From: Antechinus flavipes
Lineage: Eukaryota
Direction: 5' to 3'
Length of the DNA: 64,000 bases
NCBI RefSeq assembly: GCF_016432865.1
Contig: NC_067400.1
Span: 611,382,001-611,446,000 of the forward strand
Shown piece after piece: positions 39,201 to 51,100 of this stretch. The notes under the pieces were generated by a model that saw only the letters and a program-made list of their open reading frames with translations, was not told the origin of the DNA and did not search any database. The translations under genes and the position numbers were made by a program. Each line of letters starts with the position of its first letter. Position 1 is the first letter of the stretch.

Positions 39201-40532
39201 CTCCCCTCCCCCTGGGCCCGGAGTAGGAAGGCAGAGGGGGGGGAGGGGGGTACGGGGTCCCAGCGCTCAGCCCGTTGGTTCCCCTGGGAGGGACCGGGCT
39301 GGCTCAGGATGGCGGAAAGGCCTTGCTCATCTCGCCGCTGGCAGACTTTGAGCCTCCCGACTTTGGATAATCCCAAGCTTCCTCCGCCTCCTCCGTCTCT
39401 GTCAGAGGCCAAGACTTACAGCTGGGAGAGACTTGGGAGGCCGGAGCCCCTCGCTGTGCGGGTGAGGAAACTGAGGCTCCCGAAAAGTCGGGGTAGCCAG
39501 GTTCGAATCCCCCCCTCCCTCCCAGCCTGAAGCGGGGGCTTGAAACCGAGTCCCGCCAACTCCCGGCTAGTGGAGACGCCGGGCAGGGGGTTTCCCCGCC
39601 GTCAGTTTCGGGCGGAGCGGAAGCCAGGAAGCCTTCCTGGAGGAGTCTGCCGGGAGTCAGGCTGGGGATGGAGGCCCCTCCCCTCCGCCGGGCGCGCACT
39701 GACTCAGTGCCGGGACTCGCGCTAGTTTCGTTGTCTGCGGAGACTTTCGGGCCAGCTGGGAGGTGAGGTGCCCGAGGGCGGGGCCCGGCTTCCCCGGATC
39801 GCGGGCGAGTCGGCGGCTGGGGAGGGGGTGGGATGGGCAGGGGGAGCGGGGCGCCCCCGGCCCCAGGAGTCGCGGGACGCGGACACGCGCGCACACGCAA
39901 ACACACACACGTGGGCCCACGCGCACAAGTACCCGCGAGTTTCGCCTCCCTCCCCGCCGGCTCTCACCGTGCCTGGGATGAAATACAGAATCTTGTCCGT
40001 GGCTTGGGTGTCCCCATCTTGGCTGCTCTCGCTTCCGAACAGTCCCCCGCGACGCCTTAGGCTTTCCTGTCTGGGGGGAGAGGAGAGGCTCAGAGATGGG
40101 GCTCCCTCCCCTCCCTCCGGCGCCACCCCGCCCCCTGCCCCAGACCCCCACCCCCGGGGCAGTGAGAGAGTCCCCGGCCTGGCTGGGAGCGGATTGTGGG
40201 GGCAGCAAGGACAGGAGGACCCCAATCAGAGAGCCAGCCTAGTCCTAGTCCTCTCCCCACCCCCATCCTCCTTGGGGGAGCCAGCCTAGACTTGGGGGGA
40301 GGGGGAAGGGCCCCCTCCGCCCAGGTAGGAGAGCCCACAAACTCTGCCTCAGGGGCCCAGAAGCCCCCTCCCGGAGCCTCACCCCGAATGCTAAGCCCGC
40401 AGCCCCCACCGGGCGGGGCGGTGCTTGCGACCCCGGCCCTGCCGGGACCCCGGCTTACTTTTTTCCTTTCAGCGAGGATTTCCTGAAGGAGGCTCGGAAG
40501 CGGGCCTGGGGGACACAGTTGGCGTTGCCCAT
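25840..40532 (-). CDS. PLEKHN1: Pleckstrin homology domain-containing family N member 1; 652 aa
   Basis: 16 exons: 40532-40459, 40070-39968, 36629-36483, 36164-36084, 35683-35611, 34684-34566, 34004-33861, 33453-33373, 32033-31958, 29806-29649, 29420-29253, 28859-28701, 28295-28161, 27955-27755, 26474-26420, 26024-25840 (1959 nt, all GT-AG, phases match). Peptides MGNANCVPQA, PVRNLGKIIHYSKV, DCYLELFP..LYFQAHGS, QIRSFLIEGRLINTIRVLCA and the C-terminal QWI are characteristic. Confidence 0.95.
26889..26966. repeat. (TG)n microsatellite
   Basis: About 39 dinucleotides with 3 interruptions, PLEKHN1 intron 14. Confidence 0.95.
27200..27655. repeat. (TC/TG) low-complexity tract
   Basis: Degenerate tctctg repeats; source of spurious SLCL-rich ORFs. 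Confidence 0.9.
29985..30270 (+). mobile_element. Old L1-like 3' UTR fragment upstream of the tandem array
   Basis: acagtaacaacaatactgt...ttccaaaggccct...gatgctgtctgc resembles marsupial L1 3' UTR and runs into an A-rich tail. Confidence 0.5.
30258..31642. repeat. Tandem array, 8 full units plus 1 partial, period 148-183 bp, PLEKHN1 intron 9
   Basis: Marker agagttatctaggttaccccctaaaatcc (or variant) at 30311, 30474, 30634, 30796, 30979, 31143, 31325, 31473, ~31611. Confidence 0.95.
33520..33650 (+). mobile_element. WSINE1-like SINE
   Basis: gacagttaaatgatgcagtg...gaagtcaggaggatctgagttcaaatcc...cacttaaccc...A tail. Confidence 0.75.
36218..36255. repeat. G38 homopolymer
   Basis: 38 consecutive G; reads C38 on the PLEKHN1 sense strand, ~54 nt before the exon 4 acceptor. 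Confidence 0.85.
37115..37438. repeat. Imperfect tandem duplication (~155-175 bp x2)
   Basis: gtataagg.cccagagggagtaaaa...ctcccaggctctgta at 37175 and 37349; gttacagacacagga at 37115 and 37269. Confidence 0.85.
38620..38900. repeat. (TG/TA) low-complexity tract
   Basis: Degenerate tgtgta/tatatg repeats in PLEKHN1 intron 2. Confidence 0.9.
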
Positions 40533-40900
40533 GGCGAAGGGGGTCCGAGCTGGGGGGAGGCCTGAGGTTCCCAGGGAGGTTCTGCCCGGCACCCTTGGGT
40601 GCAGCCGGCCGGGCCACTCTTCAGAGCTGGAGTTGGCTGATGGCAGGTTAGGTCGGAGCGGGCAGGTGGGCGTGGCCCGGGAGTTCCGCGCCCCGCCCCG
40701 CTCCGCCCCGCCCCTCCTCCCCTGGGATTCAGGGAGGCTTCCGGGGAGAGGTGTCCGAGCAGCCCGAGTCGGAGGTCCCTTTAGCCCTCCGGCCCGCTTT
40801 CTGTCAAGGCTGCCCCGGGGCGGCCCGGCCCCCTTGGGCCCGAGGCAGAGGGTCAGCGATGGCGCCCCCGGGGTCTGGGACTGCGGCCCCCAGCCTCCCG
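39440..40900 (-). promoter_or_regulatory. CpG island over PLEKHN1 exons 1-2 and promoter
   Basis: CpG-dense, GC boxes (ccccgccccgctccgccccgcccc at ~40691-40714) just upstream of the ATG at 40532. Confidence 0.7.
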
Positions 40901-40951
40901 CTCTCTCGGCCTCCCACTGGGGAGGGGGCCATCCGTGGCCACAACAGCTGC

Positions 40952-41316
40952 TTTATTCTTTAATGTCCCTGAGCACGCCCCCCCCAAGTGCTCCAGGGGG
41001 AGCCTGCGTGGCTCCCCCAAAAAGGTGCTTCTGGAGGTGCTTGGGGCTCCTGAATTTGGGAAGGGGGGGCAGCCGGGATTAGAAATAAAACCTGTCAGAA
41101 CCAGCCTTCCTTCACCCCCCCCCCAACTTCCTGTTTCCACCTCAGATTCCTCAGCTTCTGAGTCACGGGTGACTGGGAGAGTGGAGGGGGGTCTAGGCCA
41201 AAGGTCCCTCCCCATCAGATCCCGGGTGGGGGCCCCCTCCCCACCCCCCCATCCCCAGGGAGGATGCCCCTCCCCCCAGAAAAGAGCCATCTGGGGCTGT
41301 GTACAAGAATTTTATT
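40952..41316 (-). terminator. Two candidate KLHL17 polyadenylation signals
   Basis: AATAAA on the minus strand at 41316-41311 and 40957-40952. Confidence 0.55.
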
Positions 41317-42211
41317 GGTCAGTTGGGTTCATATTGCTGTGTGTGGATGTGCATGAAGGCTGTATGTTGGTGGCTTGTCCACGTGTGGATGCCTGTGTAT
41401 GCACGGGGTCTGTGTGCGTGTGTCCAGCTCAGTGCATAATTCAAGGGAACAGACAACTTCTCACAGAAGACGGGGAATGAATCGTCCCGAGGTCACCTGT
41501 GTAGCCCCTTCCCAGGACCGGCCTCCCGGGGCCCCCAGCCGTCTCCCCACAGCCTCTCAGCCCCCGGACCCAGTGGGGTTCTGGGTCCCCAGCCGTCTCC
41601 CCACAGATTCTCGATCCTCGGGGGTGTCTGCCCAGTGGGGTTCTGGGGCTCCTTCATCCGTCTCTGTGGCTGTTGGGGCAGGGACTCCATCGTTCTTAGT
41701 TCTCCATATCATTGAGGGGACCCTGGGCCCGGGGCTTGCTTCCCAAGGGAAACTCGGCCGTCACAAATGCCCCAGAGAGAGCGAGATATAAAAGGGGGTG
41801 GGAGGTGGCCGTGGGACGTTTCATAAATAATAATAAATACATAAATAGACAGACATAGGCGGACGCAGACAGGGCTCTGGGGCCTGGGGCCCGTGTGCTG
41901 GGTGGGAGGCCGAGGCCCTGGGCCTCAGGCCTTGGAGCAGGGAGGGGAGGAGGGAGAGCCAGGGCCCCCCGAGTCTCTGTGGCTCAGAGACCTCCACGGC
42001 AGGAGTCGCTCCCTCCTCCTCCCTTCCTGGGATGGGGGGAGCATTAAGGCATCTGCAAGAGGCCCAGTGGGGAGGGCAGCCATCCCCGCCCCAGCCCTCC
42101 ACACCCGGGGATGGGGGCGTCCGTCTCCTCTGGTCTCCACGCCCCCAGTCCAGGGCCCCGTCACAGTCTGGCTGCCTAGGGCTTGGGGCCTGCTCCGGGT
42201 CTCCCTGAGGG

Positions 42212-45200
42212 TCAGAGGCTGGTGGAAGACACCGAGAGCGTAGGCGAGGAGGGCGGTGGGAAGTTCAGCAGCTCGAGCACGGCCACCCCCACGCTGCTCC
42301 GGCGGGTGAACATGCAGGACGCGGCCACCCACTTGTTGGTGCGCGGATTGTACTTTTCGATGGAGTTCAGGCTGGAGCTCCCGTCGTTGCCGCCGACGGC
42401 GTACAGCCATCCGTCCATGGCCACGAGGTCGTGAGTGCTCCTGGGGGAGCCACAAAATCGGGCCGGGGGGAGATGGAGGGGCCTTGTATTAACTGAACAG
42501 TGAGGGGGCACGTTCACTAAAAGGGGGAGTCACGGGGGGGGAAGGTGATGATGCTGAACTAAGCTTTCCAAATCAAGAGCCAGAGACTCTTCTTATGGAT
42601 CATGTCAAGGTGAAATAAGGCTCTCCTTGCTTTCAGTCGCTATATTGGGGGAAACTGAGGCACACGCTCAGCAGGTCAAAGCAAGCAGGACTCAGGAGTC
42701 TTAGCTGACGGGGGGGGGGGGGGGAGGAGGGGCCCCAGTCCCTGCTCCAAGGAAGCCTGAGTGGCCAAGCTTATTTACGGTCAAGGTCAGGCCCCTACGG
42801 GCACCCGCGGCTGCCACCAGTTGGCCAAGGGTGTGAGACGGGGGAAAGGAAAGGCCCCGGAAGTCCAGGAATATACCTGCGTATGTTCATGGGCGCCACG
42901 CTCTCCCATGCGTTGGCCTTGGGGCTGTATCTCTCCACAGAGTTGAGACAGCTGGTGCCATCATTGCCCCCCGCCACGTAGAGGGCACCCTCCAACACCG
43001 CTACCCCTGCGGAACTGCGTCTGCTCAGCATGGTGGCGATCGGCGTCCACGTGTTCACCTGGGGGACATGGAGAGGGGTAGCAGGCCCCCCCCTCGGGAC
43101 AACATCCCCACCTAGAGACAACCCCCCCAGACAACACCCCCCCTTGCGACAACACCACCCTTAGACAACATCCCCCCCCTCGGGACAACACCACCCTTAG
43201 ACAACATCCCCCCCCTCGGGACAACACCCTCTTAGACAACATCCCCCCCATGACAACACCCCCCTCAGACAACATACCCCCCTCGGGACAACCCCCCCAG
43301 ACAATATGCCCCCTCAGGACAACATCCCCTTAGACAACATCCCCCCACCTCGGGACAACCCCCTCAGACAACATCTCCGCCTAGAGACAACACCCCCCCT
43401 TAGACAACCCCACCCTATATAATTTTTCTGGTAGATAATAATTCATTAAAAGTGGGGAGCCATGGGGGAGGAGGAGGCTATCTGAATTAAACTCTCCAAA
43501 TCAGGGGTGCTGAAAGTCTTCTCTAGGAAGATCCGAAGGGGATGACAGGACTGGAAGCAGCTCCCTATAGACGGGGGCCGGGGGCGATGGTCCGTGAGGA
43601 GGAGCAGCCATACCTGGGGCTCGTATTTCTCCACGGTGGCCAGGTGAGAGGAGCTGTCGTAACCACCCACAGCATAGAGGTTCCCATCTGTGGATACAGT
43701 CACTTAGAAATGGGGGAAGCTGGAAGTGGTTGGGGAAGTCCCAGAAGGCACCCCGGGACCTTGGATCAAGGGAGCCACCCAAAGGAAGAAGCTGTTGGGA
43801 TCGGGGGCTCTGGGCTACCTACCGAGCGTGGCCACTCGGACGTATCTCCTCCGCGTGCTCATGGCTGCTATGGACGTCCAGGTGCCCGTCAAGGGGTCGT
43901 ACCGCTCGGCGCTGCGGGTGATTCATGGAGGTTAATAAGAAGGAAGAGGGAGGGTTTCCAGGCGCAGGACATGGAGATCAAGCCCCTGACCTCCTCCCCC
44001 AGCCGCTGACTCTCCGGGACCCCGGGATGAGATATTCCCAGTGGGCCATTTTTCGCTTTCAATACAATGGACATAACTACCGTAAGACTTTGCTTAGAGA
44101 AATTTGAGTGTGCTTAAAAATGCCTGATTCCGTGGGATTAGAACATGTAGACGTGGATGAGACCTTGAAGATCATCTAATCCGATTCCCATTTTACAGAT
44201 GAGGAAACTGAGGCACAGAGAGGAAAGGTGACTGCTCAAGGTCACATATGGGATGGAGGCCAGCACTCTTTCCAGTCCACCACCCTGAAGGATCCTACCC
44301 CAACTGGAACTTCAAAGAAATTTAAAAAACAAAAAAAAGATGCCTTGCTGAGGATTGAGTCTTTTCTCAACTTAAAAGGCAACAACAACAATTCCTTCCT
44401 AAAAGGATAAAATCCAAATGCTGATGGGGCTGTGGGGAAACAGGCACTCTACTAGCCAGCTTCTTAAGCTGTGACTCTCAGTCCCATATGAGGTCTCGTA
44501 ACTAAATGTGGGGGTTGGGAAATTATGATTTATTATTAGGAAATGTTTGATTTGTGTACATATTTTATCCACCATATAATTTCTTGGGTAAAAAGGGGTC
44601 ACAAGTGGAAAAAGGTTTAAGAAGCTGTGCACTAGTACATTGTTGGTGATATTGCAGTGTCAATTTGCAATGACATACAGAACTCATTGCACCTTTTGAC
44701 CCAGTGGGTCCACTGTTAGGACTTTAGCTCAAAAACATTATTAAAAGAAAAAAGGAGCCTGTGTGTTTAAAAAAAAAAATCTTCCTAATTACTCTAATTA
44801 TAATTGCAAAATAAATAAATGGGAACAAACTATGTATGCAACAACTGGGAATGGTTAAAGACATTAAGGAATATGGATGGAATGGAATATCACAGGACCA
44901 TAAAAATGATAAACATGAAGCATGAAGACATAGGGCAGGATTTCTGTGAAACGATCACAATGAAACCGGAATTAAAATTATATACGCAAAGGAAGTGGAA
45001 ACTGAGCGGATGACTGTCAGCGGAGGAATGACTGAATCGGTGAAGGGGATGAATGTAATGAAATAGTCTTATTCTGTAAGAAACGCTTGCTGAAGGCTGA
45101 CTCCAGAAAAGCCTGGAGAGACTGACATGAACTGATCCTGAAAGAAGTGAGCGGAACCCAGAGAACACTGTACACAGTCACTACAAGGTCATGTAATGCT

Positions 45201-48070
45201 CAACTGTGACGGACTTGGCTCTTTTCCGCAATGCAGTGATTTAAGACAATCCCAATCGACTCGGGATGGAAACCGCCATGCGCATCCAGAAAGAGAATTA
45301 CGGAGACCGATTGTGGATTGAAGTACAACAGCTTCACTTTTGTTGTTGTTGTTGTTGTTTTTCTTTCTTGTGGTTTTTTTCCCTTTAAGTCTGATTTTTT
45401 TTTGCACAATATGATAAATATGGAAATATGTTTTAAAGAATTATACATTTAACCTATATCACATTATTTGTTGTTTTGGGAAAGGAGAAGCTAAGAGAGG
45501 GAAGGAGTAAAATTTGCAACATAAAGTCTCCGAAAAATGAAGGTTGAAAACTATTTTTACATGTATTTGGAAAAATAAAATGCTGTTGAAAATAAAAATA
45601 AAATAATTTTAAAAAATTCTATGCTGGGACAGCTAGGTGGTGCAGTGGATAGAGCACCAGCCCTGAAGTCAGGAGGACCTGAGTTCAAATCTGACCTCAG
45701 ACACCACTTTCTAGTTGTGTGACCCTAGGCAAGTCACTTAATCCCAATTGCCTCAGCAAAAAAAAAAAGTTTATATGGTTATAATAATTATATTATAATA
45801 TGCTTATATTATATATATGTTACATATTACATGTATGTTATATCATATATAATATGCTTATATTATTTCCAGCTTTGAGTTTTTTCTTGTGGTTTTCCCC
45901 TTTTGCTCTGATTTTTCTTTCCTAACATGATTCATATGGAAATATTAAAAATGATTGAACCCTGTATCACATTTCTTGCTGTCTTGGGGAGGGGAAGTAA
46001 GGAAAGGAGGGAGAAAAAATATGGAACTCAAAATCTTACAAAGACAAATGCTGAAAATCATCTTTACGTGTAATTGGAAAATACTATATTAAAATAAAAG
46101 AAAAAAAGGAAAGAAAAATTATATGTACACAGACTACAAATGCAGAGATAGAAAAGAAAAAAGAAATAGGTCCACAGGGATGAAGTGGAGCCCATATGCC
46201 ACAGAAAATCCAGCTCTATCGGAAGGGGCACAGGTAGAAGGAACTTGGAGGCCCTTAACTCTAACCTCCCACCCCCAATTTTACAGAAGAGGAAATTGAG
46301 TCCCAGAAAGGAGAGGTGATTTGCTCAGGTAGGGTTTTGAGCTCAAGTTTTCCTGATCTCCAGACTTCTCAGAGCTCTTTCCACTCACTAGCCAACTAGC
46401 TGTTTTTGAAAAAATAAAACAAAAAACCCACCACCCTCTTTAATCATCCAGGGAGGGGGTTATCGTCAACAAATAAAGTCATCACTGGGAAACTCATCAG
46501 TAGGGAGATTACTTCAGTTGTGCTACTCAGACCTTCTAAGTGCCCTTCTTTACTTCTGCAGGGCTGAAGAGCAAAAGCTTTCTCTCATTGCCTCTTTTTA
46601 TTTACGGATCAAAATGCCAACTGGCTCCTCATCCACCACCAGTGGCTCTGCTCGGTTTTGACTTCACTGCTATGACCTATCGCACCTCTGCTTCTCCCCT
46701 CCTCCTATTAGATAGGAGCTCTTTGAGGGAAAGACTGTCTTTCCTTTTTCCTATTTGTATCCCTAGGACTCAGTAATCAATCAATCAAAAAAAAAAAAAA
46801 CAACAAACCAACATGTATTAAGTACCTACTAAGTGCCAGGCACTGCCCTAAATACTGGGGATGTAAAATGAGGCAAAAAACAGCCTCTGTCCTCAAGGAG
46901 CTCCCGATGTAATGGAAGAGATGGACGTAGAAACAAATACAGTCAAAGCTAGCTGGGTATAGGATAAATAGCACCTAAATAAAAGAGAAAATAAATATGA
47001 AATAAAGAAGGGATGGGGAAGGCTTCCTATACAAAGTGGAGTTTTAATTGAGACTTAAAGGAAGCTAGGAAGATCATTAGTTGGAATACAGGATAGGAAG
47101 CCTTTCAGGCCTGAGGTAAAGCCAGAAACAACATCCTGGGCTGAGAGATGGAAGATGTCTAACACATAGCGCTTGGGAAATGTTCGTTTTCTCTTAAGGG
47201 GAATCAGGCTTTATATAAAGGGAAAGAAATAAAACAGCCAAGAAAATGCCACCTGGCTAGAAAAGGCAGCAGAATTAGGTGGAAGACTATGGTTGTGTTT
47301 ATGGGACCATGAGCTTTCTTTTTCTGCCATGTGAGAAGGAAGAAAAGACCATCTGTCTAAGGGAATAAAAGGCAAGAGAGGTAGGTAGACCATCCTTCTA
47401 TATGGGATTTGTGGGAGATGGCAGCAATGGTACATGATGTGTGACACTAGGCCACACCCTTTCCTTTCCTGTTCCTGACAAACTGGAGACTAAGAATGAG
47501 AGAAGGTACAACTTGCTCTGGTGGAAGGATTTTCCTACCCTGGGAATTCATATTAGTGAAATCACAAGTTCAGGCCTTATCCATAAACTTCCAGCACTTA
47601 CAGGTTCACAAAGGGCTTTACTGGTATACTAACGTCCCTTTCAATTCTGAAATTCTGTGAGAGGAAGAAAACAGTTGGCCAGGAGCTGAGAAGAGAGCTG
47701 GGAAAAAGGATGAGTATTTACCAAACGCTATTTGCCAGGGACTGCTGTTTAATTGTCTCAGTTACTCTTTGTGTCCCCAATTGGGGTTTTCTTGATCAAG
47801 ATACTGGAGGGGTTTGCTATTTCCTTCTCCAGCTCATTTTACAGATGAGGAAACTGAGACAAACAGGACTGAGTGAGTTGCCCAAAGTCAACAGCTACTA
47901 AATGGATGAAACTGAATTTGAACTCAAGTTTTCCTCACTCCAGAACCAGTGTTCTGTGCATTATGAAGCCACCCAGATGCCCCAGTGAGCATCAGGATCA
48001 CTTGGTCCTCAGTTTCTTCATTTGTAAATGAAGGGGACTGGACTAGGTGACTTCTAAGTCTCTCCCAACT

Positions 48071-48102
<32 letters not shown>

Positions 48103-51100
48103 TCTAAGGAAGGGAAGTTCCTGGCTTTTATTTTTTTTTATTTTTTTAAAAATTTTATTCTATAATAACTTTTTATTGACAGAACCCATGCCAGGGTAAT
48201 TTTTTTTTTTTTTACAACATTATCCCTTGCACTCGCTTCTGTTCTGATTTTTTCCCCTCCTCGAGATGGCAAGCAGTCCTTTACATGCTAAATATGTTGC
48301 AGTATATCCTAGATACAATATATGTTTGCAGAACTGAACAGTTCTCTTGTTGCACAGGGAGAATTGGATTCAGAAGGTAAAAATAACCCCTCTCCCAACT
48401 TTAAATCTCGAGATTCTAGGAACTGTCGTAGGGGCTCTTGCCATAAGCTGTCCTGAAGTTCAAGAGGGCCCTGAATCCGAGATAATAGAAAAAGAGTGTG
48501 AGGGATTCCCAGTTTCACATGTAACTCCTTTTTTGTTCTACTTTGTATGTGGAAATTTCTTTTTCTTTTTCTTTTTTTTTTTTTTGACGGGGGCACATTC
48601 CAGGATTTTTAAAAAGAAAATCAGTCTAAAAAGCTCTAGTTATGAAAGGATTGTTGCATTAAGTACAGATTGATCACAATGAAGGATTAACAAGTGCCCA
48701 ATCACTCCCATAAATGAAGGAATAGATGAATGAATGAAAGGGTAACTCACTCACTGCATGGGGATAGGCTAAAGGCCACCCCCACCCCGACGCAGGGCCC
48801 CAGAATCCAGGGACATCATTGTAAAAATATCCCTTTGGATGCCATGGGTGTCCTCTAGAGACGGTTTGTACAAGTAGCACTGGGTGTCTCCTGAAACCAA
48901 TTAACAACAGACTCCCAGGCTTAATCCAAATATTGGGTGTCTCCCAGGCTGTGTTGAGGAAGGCCTGGTGGTGCATTGCAACATATCTGAAGTGCAGAGT
49001 CAGTCAGCAATGCAGGGGGTGGGAGCTTCATGGACCCTGGAGAGAGGCTAAGTCGCCGTCCCTAACACTGCCGGGAAAGGAAGTTCCCAGAGGTGGCGAG
49101 TGCCGAGTTCTTTAGCCAGTGAGGTCCCTTGGCCCTGATGGCTCACTCAACTCTGGATGTAGCTGAGCACTCTGGCCCTGGGCTCACAAACATCTCCTGT
49201 GAAGGCACATCTGTCGACAAGTCCTGGAGAAGCAAGGCTCTCAGCAGGCCCAGACTTGGGGGCGACAGGAACCAGCTGAGCAACTGGGAATCTTGCTTAG
49301 AATGCTCTTCCTCCTTACCTCAAAAAACCCCCTCTCTCTTCAACACTCTGTATTAGTACCACCTCCTACAGGAAGCCTACCTTGATTGCCTCCGCCCCTA
49401 TCCCCTTGTTTCTGCCCCTACCTTTGCCCCTCTATTATTTACTGTGTCGATCGGATACAGTAGATCGATACTGTACCTTGTGTATGAGAGATGTGGATTC
49501 CTAAAGAATCTTCACTTGTATTTTTCTAGCCCCAGACTAGTCAGCTAGATTAGTCAGTCAATAAAGATTTATAAAGTTCCTACTATATGCTAAACTGGGG
49601 ATACAAAGAAGCAAAAGACAGTCCCTGTTCACAAAGAACTTGTAATTGAATGAGGGAGACAAAGAACTATGTAAAAAGAAGCCATACACAGAATAAATAG
49701 GAAATATTTACAGGGAAGGCACTAGGATTAGGAGGGGTTAGGGAAGGCTTCCTGTAGGAGGTGGTGTTTTAATTGAAACTTAAAGGAAGCCAGTGAGGTC
49801 AATAGGTAGAGAAGAGGGTGGGAAGAGGTTTTCAGGCATGTGGATCAGACACAGAGAAGGTCCAGAGATGAGAGATGGAGGATCTTGTTAATAGAACAGC
49901 CAGGAGGTCAGTGTCTCTGGATTGAAGGATATATACAGGGAAAGAAGATGTGGGAAGAGTGGAAAAGCAGGAAGGCTTCATCATGAAGGAATTTTAATGC
50001 CAGAAGATTTTTGTATCTTATCCTGGAGCCACTAATGTTTATTGAGGAGGAAGTGACCTCATCAGACCTGTACTTTAGCAAAATTACTTTGGTGACTGAA
50101 TAAGGGTGGACTAGAGGGGAGAGAGATGAGGCAAGCAGACCCCCACCAATAACTATTTCAACAATACAGATGTGAGGCGACCCTGGACCAAGATGGCAGG
50201 GGCAGTGTCAGAGGAGAAAAGGGGAGATATTGGAAAGGTATTGGCAGATGAAATTTACTACAGATGCTTGCAGAGGTGAAATTTACTAGACACGTGGCCA
50301 CGATGAAATCAGCAGATATCCTGCTGAAGTGAAATCTACCACAGACGCTGCCAAGATGAAATTACTAGAGATCCTGCTGAGGTAAAATCTACTGCTGAAG
50401 TGAAATCTACTAGAGATCCTGCTGAGGTAAAATCTACTGCTGAAGTGAAATCTACTAGAGATCCTGCTGAGGTAAAATCTACTTGAGAGCCTGGTGAAGT
50501 GCAACCTACCACAGATGCTGCCAAGGTCAAGACTCCTAGAGATGATACTGAGGTGAAATCTATAAAAGATGCTAGAGGCAAAATCTACGAGATGCTGCCA
50601 AGATGAAATTACTAGAGATCCCACTGAAATAAAATCTACCACAGATACTGCTAAAATAAAAACTACTAGAGATGATGCTGAGGTAAAATCTACTAGCGAT
50701 CCTGCTGAAGTGAAATCTGCTACAGATACTGCCAAGGTTAAACTACTAGAGATGATGTTGAGCTGAAATCTACAAGAGATGTTAGAGGTAAAATCTACTA
50801 AAGATGCTGTCAAGGTGAAATTACTAGAGATCCTGCCAAAGTGACATCTACTAGAGATCCTGCTGAAATACAACCTACCACAGATGCTGCTAAAGTAAAA
50901 ACTATTAGCGATGATGCTGAGGTGAAATCTACAAGAGATGTTAGAGTTAAAATCTACTAGAGATGCTGCCAAGAAGAAACTGCTAGAGATCCTGCTGAAG
51001 TGCAACCTCTCAGAGATGCTGCCAAGGTTAAAACTTCTAGAGATGATGCTGAGGTGAAATCTACAAGAGATGCTAGAGGCAAAATCTACTAGAGATGCTG

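Noticed and set aside
45626-45700. tRNA gene (also other A-box/B-box heads)
   Set aside because: These are tRNA-derived SINE heads followed by CORE sequence and A tails; no cloverleaf.
49456-49475. Inverted repeat TACAGTA-GATCGA-TACTGTA
   Set aside because: A 7-bp stem is expected by chance in 64 kb; no other supporting context.
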